NCBI GenBank assembly: GCA_051294905.1
Contig: CM119371.1
Coordinates: forward strand, 19,780,001 to 19,844,000
DNA length: 64,000 nt
Source of the DNA: Botryllus schlosseri
Taxonomy: Eukaryota
Reading direction: 5' to 3'
Below are positions 45,657-57,426 of this stretch, piece by piece (the first letter of the stretch is position 1; every line of letters starts with the position of its first letter). Below the pieces are notes generated by a model, which saw only the letters and a program-made list of their open reading frames with translations, was not told the DNA's origin and made no database searches. The translations under genes were made by a program, and so were the position numbers.

Positions 45657-46960
45657 TGTTGTCGGCGAGAATCAGCAGGTCGTTCATCGCCTGCTGAGCT
45701 CAATGTACTCGGGTATTGGTTGGAACTAATCTCGTCTTCCTGGAAGAAATTGGCGGTGTCCATTTCGTTGATTGGGTGATTCGGCGAGAGATCCAGGACC
45801 TCATCGCGGTGCTCATTGACGGAAGGAGTGTTTATATTTATTCCGAGTGTGCTTTCAGCAGATTTGGCTATGATCGAATGAATTTGCGGCTTTCCGCCAT
45901 CAGAGATGGAAGCAAGAGTATTCGTGATGACATCGGCTATGAAGGTGAAGAAATTATTCAAAGGTATTGTGATATTTCCATCCGGTGTGAGGGATGGCGC
46001 GGACGGAGTGGTGGCACATGCACCTGGAAATGGTGACGGAAATGTAGGTGCTACGTCTCTACCGTTGGTGTATTTTCGTGAAGGTGGAGTCAGCGTAGGA
46101 AAATCAGTTTCTGAAGTCAAGTTAGGTGCTTGGGTTTGATTTTGTAAGGTTTGTCTGGCTTCCCAATAGTTTACTTTGCTGTGCGCCATAATCGAGTTTA
46201 TTCTGGCCTCTTGCTTGTATCTAGTGCAGCCCGCGTACCCGGCAGAGTGCGGTGAACCGCAATTCACGCAATATGGTTCGTTTGTGCATTGATCATATTT
46301 ATGCCTCATTCCACATCTTGTACAACGTTGCGCGCTTCGGCATTGCTTAGCTTTATGTCCGTAGCGGCTGCAATTGAAGCACCGCATAGGTGGCGGATTA
46401 TATATACGTGTCCGGAACCTTAGGAAGCCAATAGTCACAACCGAGGGCAGTATGGTAGAACCAAAAACTAGTAATACCGAGCGACTCGGACAGACTTTGC
46501 CATCAGTACGGTAGGTGAAACGTTTCGCAATAAGAACGTGCTGGTTTTCTAACGCGCTTTTCACTTCGTCATCAGTCATATCAAGTGGAACATCAGTTAT
46601 TACGCCACGAACCTCAGGACTCCTCATTTGATATAGCTCACACCGCACCTCAATCTTCCTACCTGTGTCTCCTAGATCTACGCACGCGAGTAGATTTGCT
46701 AGCTGTATCGAATTACGACATTTAACGAATAGATCTCCCGACGGCAAGACCTTTATTTCCTCATAGGACCCTCCGAGAACACGGTGCAGCGCTTTGTTAA
46801 TCGCAATAGGGCTGTACTGTCGCAATGGCTTCGTTAAACCTTTAATGACCGCGGTGAGGTTACTTCCGATAGCCATATCATTACCGACGATACCTTTAGA
46901 AGCGGGTCCAAATAATTCATCGCTCGCGGTACGCTTGTGACCGACGCCTGCGCTAGGCAT
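45572..46960 (-). CDS. LINE ORF1, gag-like nucleic-acid-binding protein (462 aa, intact)
   Basis: Contains RGVITDVP and three CCHC knuckles: CFNCSRYGHKAKQC, CTRCGMRHKYDQC, CVNCGSPHSAGYAGC. Confidence 0.93.
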   Translation of the reverse strand: MPSAGVGHKRTASDELFGPASKGIVGNDMAIGSNLTAVIKGLTKPLRQYSPIAINKALHRVLGGSYEEIKVLPSGDLFVKCRNSIQLANLLACVDLGDTGRKIEVRCELYQMRSPEVRGVITDVPLDMTDDEVKSALENQHVLIAKRFTYRTDGKVCPSRSVLLVFGSTILPSVVTIGFLRFRTRIYNPPPMRCFNCSRYGHKAKQCRSAQRCTRCGMRHKYDQCTNEPYCVNCGSPHSAGYAGCTRYKQEARINSIMAHSKVNYWEARQTLQNQTQAPNLTSETDFPTLTPPSRKYTNGRDVAPTFPSPFPGACATTPSAPSLTPDGNITIPLNNFFTFIADVITNTLASISDGGKPQIHSIIAKSAESTLGININTPSVNEHRDEVLDLSPNHPINEMDTANFFQEDEISSNQYPSTLSSAGDERPADSRRQHCQPRQDPLMQGQRQKPQSNSQPKPFSL

Positions 46961-47140
46961 CTAAAACTTAGTACCACTAACTGAACGTATATAGGGGTTG
47001 CAATATATATTACTATATATAACTTGAAAGCGACTACACCTGAGCTGCAAGAAGAAGTAACTCCGTGGTTGACTACAAATGTCGTTCGCTCCACAGCAAA
47101 AGGAGAGCATCCGACCTCAACGACGTCAAACACTCGAATG

Positions 47141-47417
47141 TAGAGCAGTGGTATAATCCACAGATGCAACACCAATGGGTAGCGGGTTCGCGTCCGACCG
47201 TGGTGGACTCTAGATTTACTGCCTGAGTGTTGGAGGTTTATCTATACTCCTCCTCGCCATTTCATCTGTGAAAGCGCGGTGTTTTAGAATAAGCCTAGAA
47301 GTGGGCCGTGCTATAAGTCGGCAGCTACGGAATAAAATGAAGAAGATTAGCCTGGTGTAAATCACCAATTGACCATGGTACTCGATAGACACCATGAATA
47401 CCACAAACAACACAAAC
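47141..47417 (+). mobile_element. SINE family A copy split by the LINE (5' stub at about 41758-41781)
   Basis: The A-box variant TAGAGCAGTGG is the duplicated TSD. B-box variant GGTTCGCGTCC, body and tail follow. Confidence 0.9.
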
Positions 47418-48809
47418 AGCTTCCGCCTTTAGAAAAATCAATCAGCATAACCGCAAATATATAAATCTATATAGTCGTGCCGATTCGGAAAGGTGGAAGA
47501 AACAATTATCCCTTATCCATTAACTCTATCCGAGGACTTACATGATCTAATTCTGACTTTCACCATACTCGGCAGATTGTTAAAATACTCATTCGTGTTG
47601 AAGAGCGTTAGTAAACGGTGAAGATATTTTCCAGAGTTGCCTTTTAATTTACCATGTTTTTTTCTATTAGAAAGGATTGTTGAAGAGGCCTGACTTGGTT
47701 TAAGTATGAAATTACATCTTTCGACAGACATAACAACCGACACATTAGAAAAATATCTTAGGCATTAGGTGGTGGTGGTATAAAATATGAACGTTTTATT
47801 TCACCGATATCATGTCGATTAAGGCTGATTTATCATAGTTAACCTAGTTTCTATACCAGATAGCAGTTTATAGGCAAAATTGCAAATGCTTACTCTTTCC
47901 CCTAACTGGAAATCACTACCTGCAGTAGAAATTTACGTCTACATCTATTCAACTACCGACGATGGCCACTTTGACGACCTCTGTCGAAATGGGGGCCCTA
48001 CATACTCAAAAGGTTATGTTATCAGAGAATGCACACTTCCACTTACCAGTTTCATGGACAGAACTGCTTACTTTTGGGGATTTGGATTTTGAAAAAAGTG
48101 TCAAGTATGAAGTTTACGGATAAGTCTACGTAACTTGTATTTGCGAAATCGTCATGAGAACCGCTGGCGATGGCCATTGCAGTAACTGATAATTATATAT
48201 ACGAAGATTGTGACGATTTGTAGCATCACTTGTCTTTTTACCGTAGCTGTGTCGATGCGTCTTAATTGCTGAAAGTGTGGCACCCCTTGACCTAATCGTC
48301 CTTTACAACTATACTCATACTTTATTCCTTTAAAGACTTTTTTATCCTCGTTCTTCATCTGGATGTAGTTTAGCGATATCTTGGAAAAAGCCGTTTCTAC
48401 ATGTAATTACGCGGATCATTACTGCGTTACTTCTACTTCCGCTTCAGCACCAATGCTTACATTGACCGCATCTGTCTATTCGTCCTCGCCAACGTAATTG
48501 CAGCTTGCAGAGAATATAGACGCATCTCTGTGCAATGTGAAATCAGCATGAAGCAGATGACCAAGGGTCAGTTAAACAGTGGAACTTCACTAGTTCGGAT
48601 CGACATCTGCCTATTCGGCATTCAGTCTCAGACTGTGGTACAGTCTGCGACCCATAGAACTACAAACTCGGCGATCAAACAATAAAAGCATGGTACATCG
48701 TGTGCATAATCTTTCATATGATTTCTGATCTCTCCACTCCAGGCAACACCGATCAGGGAGTTTTGCGAGACACTGCTTTGCATATCATTACGCGATGAAT
48801 AGCATAGAT

Positions 48810-49978
48810 CAGAGGTCACCACTACGCGGCCCGCGCTCTGATTTGTCATTTCTGGAGAACACAAAATAACGCGTTTTGATATGACGTAATTGATGTTACT
48901 TTCAAGACATATTGTTATTGTTTCAAAATCATTGCTATTCTCCTGTTGCAAACACAGGGTTGTAACCAAGTCACAAGGCTCCGAGTCACAAGTCGATCTG
49001 AGTTTTATAGTTTTGACTCGAGTCAAGTCAAGTCATTTTCAATTCACCAGCGAGTCAAGTCCGAATCCAAGTCACCGAGCAGAGGGTCGAGTCCGAGTCA
49101 TTGTGTTGACTACCCAGTTTCCAGTTAAATGCTTGTTAAATCCACTTTTTATAACTCTGTTTGGTGATATCGAATGGTTCGCATTTAAAATATACTAATT
49201 CTCTTCATTTTTAGCATTTTCTGGACGCATTTTCAAGTACCAGTACCAATAAACGAAATCCCAATCGTGTGATTACTTTACTATTCCTCGAAATTACAAT
49301 GAAACGTTGGTCTTGGCCGTCTGAGTCTCGAGTCATATGACTTGGTTCGAGTCATGCGCAATGACTCGAGTCCAAGTCGAGTCAATACACAAATTGACTC
49401 GAGTCAAGTCGAGTCATTTCCGTATTTTGAGAAAATGACTCGAGTCAAGTCGAGTCATCTGAAAAACTCATGACTCGAGTCATTACAACCTTGTGCAAAC
49501 AGCATTATTCCTCGGAAGAGAATCAGCCGATATCAATGGGGACATTGCCTTGACGTGCAATGGCCCAGACACTGCCAAGTTCGCGATGATTCGAAAACGG
49601 CTTAGGGCCCCCCTAATAGATCACGCTTTACGATGAAATGTACAATTGTACATACATTCTCTCGCAATAGGACCAATATCGATTCCCCAGTCGCTGAAAA
49701 GTGTTGTAAGGTATCGTGCGCAGCTTAAAACAAAATGAAAATATTGATCGTGATATTTTCTGCTGTATTTATATGTTTTTATACAATAATACTCTCTTTG
49801 TGGTAACTATGACCATCGCCCATGTTAGAGAGCACAGCCTTGCATTGACATAAAGTTTTTAAAACGTGGTTGTTAAAACTGTGCTGCCAATTTTACCTCA
49901 ACATTGAATTCATGCGGCCCTCGGCCTTAACGAAATTTGAAAATTGGCCCGCGACCCGTTACGAGATGGTGACTCGTG
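48810..49978. mobile_element. hAT MITE containing a nested GACTCGAGTC-repeat MITE (48955-49493)
   Basis: The inner element has TIRs CAGGGTTGTAA / TTACAACCTTG and a perfect TSD TGCAAACA. The outer TSD is GCATAGAT/GTCTAGAT. Confidence 0.8.
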
Positions 49979-50958
49979 GTCTAGATAAATAAAATTCTCA
50001 CGTGTAGGAATGAATTCTGAAGTGAACCTCGGTAAAACTCAAACCCGATTTGCTATCGTTTCACGAAGAAAACTCCCAGCCTTCATCACATTGCAAAGGA
50101 CTCCAAAATAAAATCCGCGCTTGATGGTGAATTGGCGATCCATCTGTTTCTTTTTCACGGATCTTATTGCAATTATAAATAACCTAAATTGGGTGCGTAT
50201 TGAATGTTTCTATACTTTAGGGATATATCAACCATTGGACAGTTTAAGCGCTCTTCTCGTTCTCCAGTCTTAACGACGTGATAAATAAATTGCATCTGAC
50301 ATAATTCACGACGAAGAAGCAGACCAACTCGCAAGATCGGCAACGACATGCGAATTTTTAGATATTTCACAAACGCGAAGTCTATCTCCCGAAAATGCAG
50401 ATCAGTCGTAATGAGCAATAAGTAAAGAGTGGAAGTAAGAACTGCCCGAAGTTAGCAGAGACAATACCAGGGCTTCAATCATGGATAAGACTCGTCCATT
50501 CTAACCCGAAATTAAACCGGATATTGCGAGCTAAATCTGTAATGCTGAATCTGTACATTATTGGGTGTAATGGTGACGGATTGCTGACATTTGGTTCGAC
50601 TATGGAGAATTTCCTGCAAGCATACCTGATATTCTCCAAATATAGACTATCTGTCATTGAAGCTGCCAGGAATCCTGTCGTTAATATTGCGCTATCAGAC
50701 GTAGCCTACAAACTAACTAGTTCACTATCCTGTTGAAGAATTTGCTATTTCGTCAAATACAATACAAGAGGACTTATTACAATCAAACCGTCTGGTGCAC
50801 AAGATCGTAGAAGTCGAGCACCAAAACTAGACATCAACTGCTTTTCTCAGACTCATACAATGATCTCTTCATGCAATGTTTTTATTCGCACAAATTTCTT
50901 CATTACATCACCATTTACAAATGGTCATGTATCCGTTATGACGAGCGGAACGATTAGG

Positions 50959-53900
50959 TCAGCCTTCGATGAGAATCGGTTTCACCGGGGAAGGAGTCCG
51001 TGGGCAAACTAATCCTGGGAGTTTGCAAAGCTTGCGAACCATTTCCTGAAAAGTTAATTACACTGGTCAACAAAATGAAAAAATTTTAAGCAGAACATCT
51101 GAGAGTCGTTTCTGGGGTTTTTAAGGTTGCTGGTTACGAATATGACATTAGTTTTGTGAGATTGGCTCTTTGTCAGAAGATATTCACACCCCTAAAAAAG
51201 CCCAAAATTACTGAATTTACCCTTAAATATTTCACTTGGTAGGAAGAAAATCATGTTTTTTTCTAATTTTATACTGCGCGTAAATAACTATTCGACTATG
51301 AAGAACCCTCATGTCATTCTCAGTCATCCCATCAATATTAACATGACATGATGCGAAATATTTGTTTGTCAAAAAAGCAGTTTGTCAAGCCTAAAAATAG
51401 TACTTTTGCACAACGGAAATACATATTCTCCTGTATCAATTGTTCATTCCACCAAGATTAAAGAGGAGAACAAAACTATAAAATTTGTCCTTGAAAGGCT
51501 ACCTAAACAGTCATATGAGTTTCATTTCTTTTGACTGTTAAATGGATAATTTTCCGTTGAGTCAACAAAGTGGGTATACCTAGTAACCTTATCAAACGAG
51601 AAGCTCAAATCTGGTATCTGTTATATGCGAATGCCGATGAAAGATTCAAATTTCACATGAGAAAGAGTTCACTGCATGTAATTTCTCCTAAGATGTAGTA
51701 AATAAAACTTTTTAGATGATCATAAAGCACCCAACCACAAACAGTTGGTCCGAAAATTCGTATCTGCATAACGAGGATTTGAGCACAAACATGAGCATAA
51801 AAGTTCACTTTCTGCTCAGAAATCTTGATATGTTTCCTGGTCATCTTGTTGATTAGCAAGGGGAGAGGCTCTACCAAGACATCAGAACAACAAAAGAAAG
51901 ATATCAGGGCAGATGAGATGAAAAACTGAACATATCATGTCAGACTATTGCCGGAACCTTTCAAGAAACTGCACTAAATAGCTTACAGGCGAAAATCTTA
52001 TAAAAATACAATTTCGATTTGAAATATATCAATAATATTATATTCCAACTGATTATTTCAAATTTAGAATAGGTGGTTGACGTAAAAATGATTGAATTAA
52101 TGCCACGTTATTTGAATATCCTGGTAAATACTTAGAGACGGACTTTCAGCATTCCCGTGGCCACTTACTGGCCACGGATAATTTCGTGGCCGGTCACAGA
52201 TATTCCGTGGCCGGCCATGAAAAGTGCTATTCTGTGGCCGGCCATGGTGATTTTCATGGCCGGCCATGAAATTTCAATATGGCCGGCCATGTCAAACTCA
52301 TTTTCATGGCCAGCCATGACTAAATTTCATGGCCGGCCATAGCCAAATTTCATGGCCGGCTGCAATATATCAAGTTAGTATTAGTGATAAGTACTCTACG
52401 TGGCCCAATCGTGGTCAAATGCATGATCAATTATGTTCTATTATGGGCGTACAGTAAATAGAACTAGGTGAGAGCGAAAGTTTAGCTCAGTTTATATGCA
52501 TTTTCACCCGAAATACCGGACGAATAGCCATACAATGAAACGATAGGAAGAAGATGAAACGATCTGGAATAGTCTCTATATATCAATTAAAAACACACAA
52601 AATGATGTAAAGAATGCATTTAAAAGGGGGATATCCGCTAAATGAAACAGGAAATAATGGTATAGAAAGCTAGAAGCGATGAAGACATCATCAAAACTGG
52701 TACCTGGGAAGTGTTGATTTGTATCTTTTTTTTATAGAAATAGACCTAAATATTCGGCTGACACTCGTCACAGCTAATCGTATGCAACTGCATAGACTTG
52801 AAAAAAACAATGTATACCAGATATCTGTCACAAATCCCTATAAGTTCCCCAAAAGCTGTGAATTTCACATGTCATTCTGTGGCCGGCCACAGAACAGCTC
52901 GGAGCTCGCTGTGGCCGGTGCTTCCCCCATTCTGATATTGATTTTCAACCGTAAGATGTGCAATGTGCATTGTGCAGTTGCAATCGATTGTAGAGTTAGT
53001 TTTATTTTGTAAATATGCAAACCTACGATTAAACAATGTGATGATCATAATGTCCTTAATTTTTCAACTATGTTTATCGTTTATGATGAGTCTGCGATGC
53101 GAATAAGTGATACAGATATATCTGATCATGTAGTTTAAGGATGTAGGGCAGGGGCAGTTTAAAATCTTTCGTGGATTGCCCCGATGAGTTTATGAATAAT
53201 ACAATACTGTACTGGGAATTTGTCTTAATTCACTGCAGATTTTTTCGATTTACGCTTAAGTAGACTCGACTATATACCTCCTTGAATATAATCTATGTTT
53301 CATCGAGATGCTGGATCGGTCAATATGCGGTCATTTAACCTGTTTTCTTGTTTTAAATACTAAATACCGTAATCAAAGTACCCGAAAGAAACAATTAGGG
53401 AATCAAAGAACCAAGAATATGTGGAAAATACTCTTTCAAGTTCCAGAAAAGCTGTGAAATCCACATAACATTCTGTGGCCGGCCACAGAGCAGCTCGCAG
53501 CTCGCTGTGGCCGGTGCTTCCCCCGATCTGATATGTCTTTCCAACGGTATAGAGGACATGTAGTTGCAAACAATTCCATAGTTTGTTATTCTTCGTATGG
53601 CAGAATAGCTGTGAATTGGATAATGCCAGGCTGATACAATCCTTCCTTTCTGTATCAGGTATATGATGAGTCCGCGATATACGGTTCTATACATACTTGA
53701 TTATCCTACTGCTATACAATACATACGACGTTCAAGATACTCAACATCAATGGAGCTTGCACTCATTCGCACGATGAGAATTGTGTCGATGAATCTATGA
53801 ATATTTCTATGGTGTAGCAGCACTTGAACTTGACACACTGCAGATATGTGCTGTAGATGTAGAATAAAGGCAACGATGTAACCTAACCTAACTGTAATAT

Positions 53901-56900
53901 TGGTAATATGTGGGGCTTTGTTCCCACAAATTTGATTTTGGTCACGTTTCCGATCCCATATAATTTGTGTATATATATGCATCTAGTAGCCGTTCTTCCA
54001 GGTTGAAACAAATCATGTACAAATAAAATGGATGTCGCAGTCACTATCGATGGCGTGCATGCCAGAGGATATATGATTACTTGGGTGCAAGGATCGTTTT
54101 GTATCGCATGTCGTTGTAAAATCAAGCTGCTAACCGATGTGGTGGGCATAGGACGTAAATGCGTCTGCTTTATAATCAAATTACTGTTATAATAGGCTTT
54201 ATAGATCACTCCAGATACTTTGCGTCATCAAATGCAGTGGGCTACCATCGTCCGACGAAAAAATGCCTATGCCTATGCCTGCGTATTGACCAATAGGCTA
54301 CTCATGATATATTTGTGGTTAATTCAAGGAACAATGGAATGTTTCCCCAAACAACGTACAGGGAACAATTTTGATGACACAGACAAGTTCGAATCGTTCA
54401 TTATGGTTTAGCATCTGAAGGCAGTGCAAATACTTATCGCTATACCGTTGTAAAGTGCATCTGATCTCTCGTGCCCCTGGATGTCTTCTATGAAAAGCAT
54501 GCATTCGACACATTGTATTGAACTACTTGTATGTGAATGATTGTAATAATATCTTCAATTGCTTGCGATTTTGTGAAATTGGTAATAACGGAATAAACTT
54601 TTTGAAGAGAAATATTTGATGTTTTTTTTACGTAGAAAAGGAAGGACGGGCAGGGAGTCGGATTATCTACGTTTGCATCACTAATGGGATTGGGCGATGG
54701 AGAAGCGAAGAGACTGCAAGGCTATCGAGTCTGCACCACGCTTTCATCTCTCCACATAATCCCAGTGCGTTGAGCGCCTGGCGTGGAAGCTGTGGACAAC
54801 AGTTTTATTGTAAAGTCGTTTGTCTGACCGACCAATAAGTCTCTAACATTACTCTATCAACTATCTAGGAAATTCAAGAAACACATGTTTCGGTGTTATA
54901 GTTTACAACGCACCGCCTCAGAGTAATTTTTCATAGTCAGAGGGAATTAGATTCATTTCTACAGCGAACACAGAAGATAAACATGTGTAAAACCATGGTA
55001 ATTTCGAACCAATTCCTGAACTGCTCAATAAAGTGGTAATCTAACTTGAGTACATGCGATATTAGTGGAAGCCGTATAGAAACCTAGACGCCAGCAAATT
55101 CGTAGAGCAAATGAGGAAGATCTACGCGAGTATAGTAAAAGTAGAGGCAAAGGGCGGATTTTCATCCAACTATATGTGCCAAAATCACGAACTGGCCATG
55201 GACTCGTGGCCGGCCACGATGATTTTGTATGGCCGGCCATGAAATTCCCTGTGGCCGGCCACGAGAAAACGCTTTTTCATGGCCGGCCACGAGATATTCG
55301 TGGCCGGCCACGGAAAAATCTGTGGCCAGTAAGTGGCCACGGGAAAGCTGAGACCCCTACTGAATACTTATGTACATGACTGGAGTTTATTTATGTACAT
55401 GATATCCGTGAAAATCTGTAACTATGATAAATCTATTACCCCTAAATATAGTGCTGTTGCTGTATTTTGATTTAAAAGAGTCTTCTGCATTAAAAATAAC
55501 AAGTAGATTGATTTTCTGAACTTTATAGTACGACTGAACCGATTTCATATCTAGTCATTACCACGAAAATGGGAGATTTTGGTCAAAATAGCCCCATGGG
55601 TTATCTCCACAACAAGAGCCAATTTGAAAAAACCAAGGTCATATTCGGAATCAGTGCCCTTCAGAACCCCCAAAACCACTCTTACTTTGTCTGCCTAAAA
55701 ATATGTGTTGACCAGTGTTATCCATAGCATAATTGACTGGGTTCTTCTCTGATGGTTGCATAAGCCAATGCGTAATGGATTCATAAGCGGAGGTGTTCAA
55801 AGTAGGTACCGGGGTAGAAGTACAATTAAAACCACGAATTACTACTGAATTACAAGCAGAAGTAGCAATTTTCAGGTTTTAAAAATAGATTTGGTCCTTG
55901 CGTCATACATTTTTAGCTTTTAATCGAAAGTAGCTACATTCATGATTTGTGTATCATATTGACCAATAACACTAGCAATAGGTATACGATTCTTTAAAAT
56001 ATATTCAGCTACCGTGCCAGAAGGGCTATATTTCGCACAGCCGTCATATGAATTTCAAGCATATCGTGGATGAAAGCATATCATGTAAATACTTTCTGTC
56101 CGAAGTGAGTAGTTTTGCCGAAACAAACTGTGTAGAAGTGGAAGTATTCCACACACATTATCACTAGACTTAGTAGTTTTAATAAGCAAATATATTCTTA
56201 GACGTATAAGTACTTCGTTACTAATTTCCTCTGGGTATAAACATAAGTAATACCTTAACGTGGTACTTGATTATATCCAGGTATAGAAGTGGTGATTCAA
56301 GTTGTGACGTGACTATTTAGTGTGGCAGTACAAAAAAAAAAGTATGGAAAGTACTGAAGTATGTTGTTTGATGATGTAGTTTGGGAAGAGGGAAGGAAGT
56401 AGTAGAAAAAATTAAATCCACTTGAGTACTTTGAACAATATCGGCCGCCTCAGGTCTGGACATACGCAATATGCAATATGCATAGGCTATTTCGGGAGAG
56501 TATCAAACGGTACGTTTGTATCTTGCACTATACTGACACGAGTCCTATAGTTTTGACTTACCACTTGCTTCTTTGTCAAGCAGTATCCAGATCTACTGAT
56601 GATTGGGATAACTATATTCTTTGATGGATAAGATGCACTGCCGTGGCAGAGAGGACCCACTTGGCAGACCAATCCTTTTCTGCGGTCGCATCGGCCGTAT
56701 CGGTTGAATAAACCACCACAGCGTTCGTATTGTTTCTTAGGTATGACGCACACGTAGCAGCAACTGAAAAAAAAACAAAGATATTGTTGTATCAGGAATC
56801 AAAAGATATAGTTGTTTGTTGGTGACAAGAAGGCAGATCTAATACGCCGATCTAATCAAAATAATGTTTGCCAACCTGTGAAAGATGGTCAGGAAACTAC

Positions 56901-57426
56901 TTCTTCTGTTTAGGTCTACATACATTTGCGTGCAAACATTTTCGACCACGAACACTGACCAGACAAGACTGCGATCCAATGTAACTGATGTACGCGTGCA
57001 GTCTTTACTAAAGGTTCTATATACGACATGCAGTCAGAGTTCAGAGAACTCATTGAAAACTTTGATCGACCATAGATAGCTGATTGACTTCAATAGCTTT
57101 TGCAGTACATTACGTTAAATACCGTTTTATTCTTTGTATAGGTGGATAAGAACGCGATTAATGTATCGATTCCGGTATCCAGCCCGTCAAATAGGCCTAC
57201 CCTACGTCATCTCCCCACATCAGTCCCTCCGACCGGAGAAGTTTCAGGCCCTTATGGTACATGCCAACAATACCTACCCGCATCTGTCCTTTTCGGGAAT
57301 CTTTCCTTGTGGACAGTTGGGTCTTGGACAAGGCCTGGTACATGGCGCGCAACTCAGTGATTTCGTTGATGATGCTTCATGCACTGTACCGACGTAAAAC
57401 AATACGACAAGACACAAAGTCTTCAT
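50959..57426 (-). CDS. Secreted single IB-domain protein, paralog B, 145 aa
   Basis: complement join(57278-57426,56562-56763,50959-51045), same phases as paralog A. Protein: MKTLCLVVLFYVGTVHEASS-TKSLSCAPCTRPCPRPNCPQGKIPEKDRCGCCYVC..ERCGG..GRCDRRKGLVC..SGYCLTKKQV-EMVRKLCKLPGLVCPRTPSPVKPILIEG*. AATAAA at about 50881-50886 on -. Confidence 0.88.
51061..55717 (+). mobile_element. Internally deleted Chapaev3-like DNA transposon relic in intron 2 of paralog B
   Basis: TIRs CACTGGTCAACA / TGTTGACCAGTG with longer imperfect arms. 3-bp TSD TTA. Decayed transposase pieces NGNTYSPVSIVHSTKIKEE, QQSGYT, MSIKVHFL and ERLYQDI..ERYQGR..MSDYC at about 51410-51955. Confidence 0.8.
52135..55362. mobile_element. 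3.2-kb non-autonomous element with TGGCCGGCCA subterminal arrays, nested in the Chapaev3-like relic
   Basis: Long TIRs sharing CAGC.TTCCCGTGGCCACTTACTGGCCAC. Perfect 8-bp TSD AATACTTA (52127-52134, 55363-55370). Confidence 0.88.

Larger units (their letters stand above)
41782..47140 (-). mobile_element. Full-length I-clade (I/Nimb-like) LINE, about 5.36 kb, with RNase H; ORF2 disrupted
   Basis: 5' end CATT, CAA-rich 3' tail, 12-bp TSD TAGAGCAGTGGT (41770-41781, 47141-47152), two-ORF structure. Confidence 0.95.

Noticed and set aside
44354..46139. Several + strand ORFs of 60-145 aa
   Set aside because: They are antisense shadows of LINE ORF1 and ORF2.
52157..52360. CRISPR-like array or a repetitive WPAM protein
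   Set aside because: These are short palindromic subterminal repeats inside a TIR/TSD-bounded transposon in eukaryotic DNA. The spacers are too short and there are no cas genes.
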